Assembly: GCA_039028615.1 (NCBI GenBank)
Contig: JBCCHT010000023.1
Span: forward strand, 96,001 to 160,000
Length of the DNA stretch: 64,000 bases
Direction: 5' to 3'
Origin: Myxococcota bacterium
GTDB lineage: Bacteria > Myxococcota_A > Polyangia > Nannocystales > Nannocystaceae
Positions within the stretch are counted from its first letter, which is position 1. The number at the start of each line of letters is the position of its first letter. This document shows positions 56,582 to 64,000 of the stretch, in pieces. The position numbers and the translations under genes are program-made. The notes beneath the pieces were generated by a model. The model made no database searches, had not been told where the DNA came from, and was given only the letters and a program-made list of their open reading frames with translations.

Positions 56582-59558
56582 CCTTCGCCCGGCGCTCGGC
56601 CAGCCATTGCTCGATATTCGCCCGCAGCCCGTCGCTCCCCTCGATCTGCGCCGCGGTCTCGGCGAGCTCGAGTGCACGCCCCCGGTCTTTGCTCGATTGC
56701 CACAGCACGTCGGCGATCACGAACTGCGTCTCGGCAATGAGCGCCGCGCTGGCGTCGGCCGCCTCGTAGATCTGCAGCGCCTGCTCGGCCTGGCTCAGCG
56801 CGACCTCGAAGTTCTTCTCTTCGAGCTCCAGCTCCGCCAGCCACAGCAGGTGCTGCGCCACGTCGAGGTGCTGGGGGCCGAGCGCCTTGCGGTGGATCTC
56901 CAGGGCTCGAGTGCGAAACTCCCGTGCCTCGTCCATCCGCCCCTCGCCATGGTGCACGACGGCGATGTTCCCCAGGGTATTGGCCACGCGAGGGTGCTCG
57001 GGGCCCAGCGCGGTCTCGCGGATCTTCAGCGCGCGGTGATGGACCTCCAGCGCGCCTTCGGCATCGCCCTCGGAGCGGAGGATCATCGCCAGGATGTTGA
57101 GCCCAGCCGCCAGCGTGGGGTGGTTGGGCCCTCGGACCTTCTCGTTGATCTCCAGCGCCTGCATGGCGTGGACCCGTGCCTTCGCCAGGTCTCCTTGCAA
57201 CCGATAGACGATCGCCAGGTTGTGAAAGCTCGCCGCGACCCGCGGGTGCTCCTCGCCGTAGGCCGCGATGCGAATGTCCTTCGCCTGCTGATACAGCTCG
57301 ATGGCCCGCGGATAGTCCCCCGCCAAGTCGTAGTGGATGGCGATGTTGTTGATGCTATCCGCGACGTAGGGGTGCGCGTTGCCCAGCGCGCGCTTGCGGA
57401 TCGCGAGCGCATGCTCGTGCTGCTCGAGCGCGAGCTCGGCCTCGCCCTGCTCCCGTAGGACATTGGCCAGGTTGTTCATGCTCGCCGCCAACACGGGATG
57501 CCCCTCGCCCAGCAGCTCGCGTTGCAGCGCGATGTTCTGCTCGAAGAGTTCGCGCGCCCGCTCGAAGCGCCCGGCTCGTTTGTGGGCCAACGCCAGGTTG
57601 TTCACCGCGATGGCCACCGAGGGGTGCTGGGGCCCGAGGACCTGCTCGCGAAGCTCCCGTGCGCGCTGGGCCAGGGCGAGCTCTTGCTCGGAGTTGGCGG
57701 CTTCGCCCTTGACCGCCCCGAGCGACGCATCGAGGTTGGCCTCGCGGATCGGATCGTCACCGATCCGCGACAGCTCCACCCGACCCAGCTCTGCCCAGTG
57801 CTCGGCCGTCTCCAAGTTGGCCTGGAGCCGATGCACCCACATCACGGCCATGGCGGCATCGAAGGCGAGCTCCGAGTCTCCGGCCTCGGCCGCATCGAAG
57901 TAGGCCTGCTCCCCGTGTTCGCGGGCCTGGTCGAAGTCGGAGATCTTCACCAACGCATTGGCCAGCACCACCCGCGCGGCCGAGGACAAGGGCGGCCAGG
58001 CGATCGGCTCGGCCTCGGCCAGGGCGCGCTCGGACTCCTCCTTCGCTCGATCGAACTCCCCGCCCACGAACATCGCCCGCGCACGGTGCAAGCGGGAACG
58101 AACCTCGCGGATCCCCTCGATGCGATCGACGGGCGGGGCGGGCCGAGCATGCAGGATGGCCTCGTCGAGGCAGGGCTCGATCGCCCGCAACCCAGCCGCG
58201 CTGGCGATGGCGCGTCGCAGCGTCTTGGGATCGACGACCCGCAGGCGATCGACCAAGGCGACCAGCTCTCCGCGACGCTCTTCGAGACACCACATCGCCC
58301 GGCTGACGGTGTCGGCCTCCCAGGTCTGGGTGACTCGCCCGTGTCGGCAGACCTCCGTGCGAGCCGATCGCCACGCCTCCGCCTGGCGATCGAGCCACGG
58401 CAGGGCCTTGTCGGCGGTGGTCTCGGCGTAGGACGCCTTCGTCGCCAGGAACGCGTCCCGAAGCTGCACCCGCGCCTGGTCGCTCCAGTGTTCGTCGATC
58501 TCGTCGCCCGCCTCGTTGCAGGCCACGATCACCCGCTGGCGCTGCAGGTGCTGCGCCACGAACACGCCTCCGACCACGACCGCCGCACCGAGCCCGAGCC
58601 CCGCGAAGATCCGACGTCGCCCGCTGTCGCGGCCCTTCGCCAGCGCGTGGAGCAACGCATCGAGCGACGCAAAGCGCATGTCGGGATCGCGACTGAGGCC
58701 CCGCTCCATGATCCGCTGCAGCCACCGGGGCGCGGGGCGCCCAGGTGGACGGAGATTACCCGCCAGAACATTGCCCGCCAGCTCGACCAACGTCGTGCCC
58801 GCGGTCGGGCGCTCGTGGTGAATGGCCTCCCACAACGCGACACAAAACGAGTACTGATCGCTGCGCTCGTTCGCCGGCTTGCCCTCGAAGCACTCGGGGG
58901 CCATGTAGCCCGGCGTGCCCACCAACGCGTCCGCACGGGTGAGATCGGTGCTGAGCAAGTCGTTGCGCCGCGCCCCCGTGGGAGCCGGCACCGCCTCGGA
59001 CTCCGCGTCGGTGTCACTGGGGCGCGCGAGCCCGAAGTCCATCACCACCACCCGACCGTCGTCCCCCACCATGACGTTGTCCGGCTTGAAATCGCGATGC
59101 AGCAGCTTCTTGGCGTGGGCCGCCGCCAACCCGGCCCCCGCCTGCGCGAACACGTCGACCACCGCGGACCACGAGGGCCGCGGATCCTGTTCCATCCACT
59201 CCGCCATCGTCTGCCCCTCGACGAACTCCATCGCGACGTAGACTCGCTCGCCCAGGGTCCCCACGTCGTGCACGGTGACCACGTTGGGATGGACCAAGCG
59301 CGCGAGGGCCTGGGCCTCGCGAAGCAACCGCGTCTGCGCCTGCTCGCCTCGCGTGTTCGGCAGCAACAGCTTGATGGCCACCCGCCGATCGAGATCGGGA
59401 TCGTAGGCCGCGAACACCACTCCCATCGCGCCCGAGCCCAGCTGCCCCAGCACGACATAGCGCCCCACCGGATCCCCGCGCTCGAGCCTCGCGTCGCGGC
59501 GGGCGACCTCGGAGACGTCGTCGCCCGCGATCGTCTCTTCGAGAGACGCCGTGCTCAC
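56571..59558 (-). CDS. Membrane Ser/Thr protein kinase with TPR repeats
   Basis: LGSGAMG, HRDFKPDN, DFG, GTPGYMAPE, TM, and many 42-aa TPRs (GxxHP). Confidence 0.93.
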   Translation of the reverse strand: MSTASLEETIAGDDVSEVARRDARLERGDPVGRYVVLGQLGSGAMGVVFAAYDPDLDRRVAIKLLLPNTRGEQAQTRLLREAQALARLVHPNVVTVHDVGTLGERVYVAMEFVEGQTMAEWMEQDPRPSWSAVVDVFAQAGAGLAAAHAKKLLHRDFKPDNVMVGDDGRVVVMDFGLARPSDTDAESEAVPAPTGARRNDLLSTDLTRADALVGTPGYMAPECFEGKPANERSDQYSFCVALWEAIHHERPTAGTTLVELAGNVLAGNLRPPGRPAPRWLQRIMERGLSRDPDMRFASLDALLHALAKGRDSGRRRIFAGLGLGAAVVVGGVFVAQHLQRQRVIVACNEAGDEIDEHWSDQARVQLRDAFLATKASYAETTADKALPWLDRQAEAWRSARTEVCRHGRVTQTWEADTVSRAMWCLEERRGELVALVDRLRVVDPKTLRRAIASAAGLRAIEPCLDEAILHARPAPPVDRIEGIREVRSRLHRARAMFVGGEFDRAKEESERALAEAEPIAWPPLSSAARVVLANALVKISDFDQAREHGEQAYFDAAEAGDSELAFDAAMAVMWVHRLQANLETAEHWAELGRVELSRIGDDPIREANLDASLGAVKGEAANSEQELALAQRARELREQVLGPQHPSVAIAVNNLALAHKRAGRFERARELFEQNIALQRELLGEGHPVLAASMNNLANVLREQGEAELALEQHEHALAIRKRALGNAHPYVADSINNIAIHYDLAGDYPRAIELYQQAKDIRIAAYGEEHPRVAASFHNLAIVYRLQGDLAKARVHAMQALEINEKVRGPNHPTLAAGLNILAMILRSEGDAEGALEVHHRALKIRETALGPEHPRVANTLGNIAVVHHGEGRMDEAREFRTRALEIHRKALGPQHLDVAQHLLWLAELELEEKNFEVALSQAEQALQIYEAADASAALIAETQFVIADVLWQSSKDRGRALELAETAAQIEGSDGLRANIEQWLAERRAKVTP

Positions 59559-59789
59559 GGCTCCCCGCTCCTCGACGGGGGCTTGGCGGGGATCGACGAT
59601 CGCACGGAGCAGGATCTTAGCCCGGGCGCGAGCAGGGGTCGCGCGCCCATGCCCCGGTCCCGCGGCAACGAAGTTCGGACACCTACGACCCGAGTTTCAC
59701 GACCGGTCGCACCTCGAACCACAACGCGTCTCGGCCCTGTGGCTTGGATCGGAGAGGGCTGGTCGCGGCCCCGAAGCAACGGCGCAGCG

Positions 59790-61175
59790 CTACCGTTTCA
59801 CGTCGCCACCGCTGCACTTTGGAATGGCCTCGGGATCTTCCTCGATGTAGCGAGCGTTCTCTTCCGCGCGCCGGACCACTTCGGCCGATGCAGACGAGTG
59901 CGTCGCCGCCACACGAAAGGCAGCCGCCGCGTTCTTGCACTCCCCTCGCCGAAAGAACGACAGCCCCGCGTAGTAGAGGCCTTCTGCGGTCTGGGGAGTA
60001 TCGGTCAAGTGGTAGCCGAACAGGCCGAACGTCTGCAGCGCAGCCCGGTACTGGCCCGCGTTGAAGAAGCTCTTTCCAATCAACAACTCGATCCTCGGCC
60101 GGTCTTCCTTCGGGCTGCGCGTCACGAGAGCAGAAAAGAGTGCGCGCGCTCGTTTGTCGCCGCCATTCGCGAGCAAGCCACTGGCCTCGTCCAGCAGTGC
60201 GTCCTCCGTGCTCGGGGCGTCTTCCGCCGCCGCTCCGAGCCCCATCGGAGGAGGCCATCGAGGACGCTCCTTCTGCGGCATGGTGATGGAGTTGACACAC
60301 CCCCGTCCCTCGACGGGCTCCTGGCCGGAAGGACAACGAGTCGCCACGGACTCGGCATGCTGCTCCCCCTCCGAACAACCCTCGTCCCCCGGCTCGCACT
60401 CGTCCTGCTCGGCGGCCAAGGCCGTCTCGATCTCGACCTCGACGATCTCCTCGACCTCCAGCCTCAGCGGTGCACCGCAGTGAGCCGGAGGTGCATCGTC
60501 TCCCGGCTCCGCGAGACCGCACTTGGACGGGTCGCCGTCTTGCTCGAGTTCGTCACGCTGTGCACCCGTGCTCGCTCCGACCCCCACCGCGGGCGTGTCG
60601 GCCTTCGCAGCGACCTGGGCGGCCTGATTGGCAAAGAACCCATACGCGCCGACTTGGATCCCCGTGACGACGTGGGTCGCCCCGCCGCACCGCCCCGACA
60701 GCTTCGGCCGCTCGACATGGTAGCTGCTGGCCCGATACATCCCCACCGTGTGCAGCTCTACCGAAAAGGACTCGATGCGCTCGAGCGAGCCCTCCAAGCG
60801 TGCCGCCCCCGTGGGTAGCTGAGCATAGAGTTCGTCGGCGGTTCGCATGGTGACCACGGACGACTTGGGGGTGAACCCGCGGTACCCGTACGCCTCGCCC
60901 TGAACCCGACAGTCGCGCAAGACCTCCATCTCGCAGCCGACGTACCGGACCACGATCAAGCCGTCTTGAATGCTCTGCTCGAGCGCGCCCCGTTCGACGG
61001 CGGCCCACTCGACGATGAGAGGCTTCTTCTGACTCGGCCGGACGGAGCACCGCTGCTCGGACCCCGCCCGGGTCGATCCGTCGACGTCACTGAGGGTCTC
61101 GGACGCGATGTTCCGCCCGGGCGCACAGCAACAAAGCAGCGACGCGAACGAGACGAGGCACGGCCGAGCGAACAT
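59790..61175 (-). CDS. Lipoprotein with unknown N-terminal domain and YbgF/BamD-like TPR C-terminus
   Basis: Signal peptide with CCC, ATHVVTGIQVGAYGF, and C-terminal IGKSFFNAGQY..AEGLYYAGLSF. Confidence 0.7.
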   Translation of the reverse strand: MFARPCLVSFASLLCCCAPGRNIASETLSDVDGSTRAGSEQRCSVRPSQKKPLIVEWAAVERGALEQSIQDGLIVVRYVGCEMEVLRDCRVQGEAYGYRGFTPKSSVVTMRTADELYAQLPTGAARLEGSLERIESFSVELHTVGMYRASSYHVERPKLSGRCGGATHVVTGIQVGAYGFFANQAAQVAAKADTPAVGVGASTGAQRDELEQDGDPSKCGLAEPGDDAPPAHCGAPLRLEVEEIVEVEIETALAAEQDECEPGDEGCSEGEQHAESVATRCPSGQEPVEGRGCVNSITMPQKERPRWPPPMGLGAAAEDAPSTEDALLDEASGLLANGGDKRARALFSALVTRSPKEDRPRIELLIGKSFFNAGQYRAALQTFGLFGYHLTDTPQTAEGLYYAGLSFFRRGECKNAAAAFRVAATHSSASAEVVRRAEENARYIEEDPEAIPKCSGGDVKR

Positions 61176-61243
61176 TGCCTTCGAGTATACGAGAGCCCCG
61201 AGCGACGTGCTCCCTGGGCCGAGCACTCCCCGCGACCTGCCCG

Positions 61244-63070
61244 CTAATGATCCGGCGGCGGGTCATCGGCGCCTTCGAGACGCTCGACCAGCGGCGAGCG
61301 GATGGCCATGAGCGCGTCCTGGACCTCTTGCGGCGGCGGAGCGGTGAACTTGGAGACCACGCCCATGACCATGAAGTTCAAGACCATGCCGACGACCCCG
61401 ATGCCTTCGGGGCTGATGCCCCACAGCCAGTGCTCGGCGGTGTTCATCGAGGGGTTCAGGAACTTGAAGTACAGGATGTAGACGGCGGTGAAGAGGATGC
61501 CCGTACACATGCCCGCGATGCCGGCTTCCTTGGTGACCCGACGGCTGAAGATGCCGAGCACGATCACGGGGAAGAAGCTGGACGCGGCGAGCCCAAAGGC
61601 GAACGCGACGACCTGCGCGACGAAGCCGGGAGGATTGATACCCAGGTAGCCAGCCACGATCACGGCGAGCGCAGCCGCGGCCCGGGCCACGAACAGCTCG
61701 CGCTTCTCCGACATGTCCGGCATCAGGATCCGCTTGCCCAGATCGTGGGCGACGGCCGAAGAGATCACGAGCAGGAGCCCCGCCGCGGTCGACAGCGCAG
61801 CAGCCAGGCCTCCCGCCGCGACCAAGGCGACCACCCACGCGGGCAGCCGCGCGATCTCGGGATTGGCGAGCACCATGATGTCGCGATCGACATAGAGCTC
61901 GTTGGGGCCCGCGGTCAGCTCGTTGTCGAGGCGCCGCTGCCCGAGCTCGCCGCGGACGGGCTCGCCGCTGGGCTCGTTCACGAACGACGGGGAGCCAGAG
62001 AACGCATCCCCCGGGCGATAGTCGATGCGCCCGTCCTCGTTCTTGTCGACCCACGCGATGAGCCCCGCGTCTTCCCAGTCGCGGAACCAGGGCGGCGCCT
62101 CGCCGTAGGGGGTCTGGTGGACCGTCTCGATCAGGTTGACGCGAGCAAAGACGGCCACGGCGGGCGCGGTGGTGTACAGGGTGCCGATGAACAGCAGGGC
62201 CCAGAACGCCGACCAGCGCGCTGCCCGGGCGTTGGACACGGTGTAGAAGCGAATGATGACGTGGGGCAGGCCCGCCGTGCCGGCCATGAGCGCCAGGGTG
62301 ATGGCGAACACGTCGATCATCGACTTCTTGCCCTCGACGAAGGCGGCCGTGTACTCGGGGAAGCCGAGTTCGCGGTGCAGCTCGTCGATGAGGTGCAGCA
62401 CCGTCTTGCCCGCGTGCTCGCCCTCGACCACCGTGCCGCCGAACCCGAGCTGCGGAATGGCGTCGCCCGTGAGCTGCCACGAGATGCCGATGGCGGGGAT
62501 CAGGAACGCGACGATCAGCACGCAGTACTGGGCGACCTGAGTCCAGGTGATGCCCTTCATGCCGCCGAGCACCGCGTAGAAGAACACGATGCCCACGCCG
62601 ATCAGCACGCCGCTGGTGATGTCGACCTCGAGAAAGCGCGAGAACACGACCCCCACGCCGCGCATCTGGCCGGCCACGTAGGTGAAGGACACGAAGATCG
62701 CACAGAACACCGCCACGAGGCGGGCGACGTCGGAGTAGTACCGGTCGCCGACGAAGTCCGGCACGGTGTACTTGCCGAACTTGCGCAGGTAGGGCGCCAG
62801 CAGCAGGGCGAGCAGGACGTAGCCGCCCGTCCACCCCATGAGGTAGACGCCGCCCGTGTAGCCCATGAAGCTGATGAGGCCGGCCATCGAGATGAACGAG
62901 GCCGCGCTCATCCAGTCGGCCGCGGTGGCCATGCCGTTGGCGATGGCGGGCACGCCCTGCCCGGCCACGTAAAAGCCCTTGGTGCTCCCCACCCGCGTCG
63001 CGACCGCGATGCCGATGTACAGCAGGAACGACAGGCCGACGAACAGCAACGTCCAGCTCTGGATGTCCAT
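61244..63070 (-). CDS. Sodium:solute symporter, ActP/acetate permease-like
   Basis: NGMATAADWMSAASFISMAG, YLRKFGKYTVPDF, GTAGLPHVIIRFYT and GGLAAALST. Confidence 0.93.
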   Translation of the reverse strand: MDIQSWTLLFVGLSFLLYIGIAVATRVGSTKGFYVAGQGVPAIANGMATAADWMSAASFISMAGLISFMGYTGGVYLMGWTGGYVLLALLLAPYLRKFGKYTVPDFVGDRYYSDVARLVAVFCAIFVSFTYVAGQMRGVGVVFSRFLEVDITSGVLIGVGIVFFYAVLGGMKGITWTQVAQYCVLIVAFLIPAIGISWQLTGDAIPQLGFGGTVVEGEHAGKTVLHLIDELHRELGFPEYTAAFVEGKKSMIDVFAITLALMAGTAGLPHVIIRFYTVSNARAARWSAFWALLFIGTLYTTAPAVAVFARVNLIETVHQTPYGEAPPWFRDWEDAGLIAWVDKNEDGRIDYRPGDAFSGSPSFVNEPSGEPVRGELGQRRLDNELTAGPNELYVDRDIMVLANPEIARLPAWVVALVAAGGLAAALSTAAGLLLVISSAVAHDLGKRILMPDMSEKRELFVARAAAALAVIVAGYLGINPPGFVAQVVAFAFGLAASSFFPVIVLGIFSRRVTKEAGIAGMCTGILFTAVYILYFKFLNPSMNTAEHWLWGISPEGIGVVGMVLNFMVMGVVSKFTAPPPQEVQDALMAIRSPLVERLEGADDPPPDH

Positions 63071-63327
63071 CAGTCGTTGCCCCCGCGGAAGCGGGCCTCG
63101 ATGCGATCCATGACCACGCAGTAGACGAGGATCAGGCCGATGAACACGTAGATGGAGCCCTGCTGCGCGAACCAGAACCCGAGCGGGAAGCCGAGCAGGT
63201 ACACCTCGTTGAGCTGCTCGACGAAGAGGATGCCCGCCCCGTACGAGACCAGAAACCACACCCCCAGCAAAGCGCCGACGAGGCGAAGGTTGGCGCGCCA
63301 ATACCGTAGTTGGTCGTCTTCGTTCAC
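63070..63327 (-). CDS. DUF4212 small subunit of the solute:Na symporter
   Basis: YWRANLRL..GFPLGFWFAQQGSI; coupled to the symporter gene. Confidence 0.92.
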   Translation of the reverse strand: MNEDDQLRYWRANLRLVGALLGVWFLVSYGAGILFVEQLNEVYLLGFPLGFWFAQQGSIYVFIGLILVYCVVMDRIEARFRGGND

Positions 63328-63341
63328 GATGGCCTCGGCTT

Positions 63342-64000
63342 CTAGTCGACCACGCCGTCGATCATGGACTCGAAGGACTCGCAGAGCATGGGCTCACAGA
63401 CGGAGTACTCGTTGTCGATGCCGGGCAAGGCCGCGGCTTCGGCCACCTCGCGCAGCCGCACGGGCGGATACGCGACGATCCCGTCGCCCGTGCAGCCGGG
63501 GCCGATGCCGAAGTCCAGCTGCTCGTCGGGGTTGCGAGCATCGGCGTAGATGATGTCACCGGTCGCCGGGAACCCAGCCATGACCGCAAGGTGCACCGAC
63601 GCGGGCCCGTTGTCGGCATCGATGTCCGCCAGCACGTCGGTGTAGCGCGCCAGATCGTGGAGCACCGCGTCCTGGGGGGTGCTCGGGTTGCCGTCGACGT
63701 CGTAGTTCTGGGCGTGACACTCGTCGTAGATCCCCGGCCCCCCCGTGCACTCGACCCCGGCGTTCCAGCACACCGAGCTCGAAGGGCCGATCGTGAAGGG
63801 GTCCTCCCAGAACACACGATTGCCATCGGGCAGGAAGATCGTGTCCGCATCGGGATCGGACGAGCAGTCGTACTCGTCGGTCACGAGCACGACCAGCAGG
63901 TCGGCGCTGGACCGCAGGAAGCCGTAGTTGGGCTCGCCGTTGATCTGCGCCCGCAACAAGGCCATGCGCATGCCCTCGAGCGTCCGTTCGAAGCCGCAGC
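63342..64000 (-). CDS. vWA-like myxobacterial lipoprotein, 5' part outside the window
   Basis: GFLRSSADLLVVLVTDEYDCS, FGIGPGC and PPVRL; related to 4378..5448. Confidence 0.75.
   Translation of the reverse strand, partial: CGFERTLEGMRMALLRAQINGEPNYGFLRSSADLLVVLVTDEYDCSSDPDADTIFLPDGNRVFWEDPFTIGPSSSVCWNAGVECTGGPGIYDECHAQNYDVDGNPSTPQDAVLHDLARYTDVLADIDADNGPASVHLAVMAGFPATGDIIYADARNPDEQLDFGIGPGCTGDGIVAYPPVRLREVAEAAALPGIDNEYSVCEPMLCESFESMIDGVVD

Overview
High-GC window with a myxobacterial gene inventory (Myxococcota, most like Nannocystaceae; inferred from MYXO-CTERM, myxobacterial sigma-70 variants, many Ser/Thr kinase-TPR genes and Cys-rich lipoproteins). About 45 CDSs can be supported. They include five intact Ser/Thr kinases, four alternative sigma factors, a CreBC/ChvGI-like two-component pair, a SIR2-NACHT-LRR protein, an exported TPR-CHAT protease with a DUF4384 lipoprotein, a CbiX-like protein plus a diflavin reductase, a non-discriminating AspRS and an ActP-like symporter. 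I saw no rRNA, tRNA, CRISPR array or transposase. Best leads: (1) an exported caspase-like CHAT protease with a C-terminal beta-barrel-like domain that shares an RGVxYxK motif with its translationally coupled DUF4384 lipoprotein; (2) an unannotated Asp-rich leader peptide (MDHDDDGDDRRGRA) with mutually exclusive hairpins upstream of aspS; (3) a SIR2-NACHT-LRR NLR-like protein; (4) Fur-box-like sites before the CbiX-like and reductase genes; (5) a cre-tag direct repeat; (6) back-to-back GTGAACC-N16-CACT promoter candidates. All family calls come from reading motifs by eye; no searches were run.
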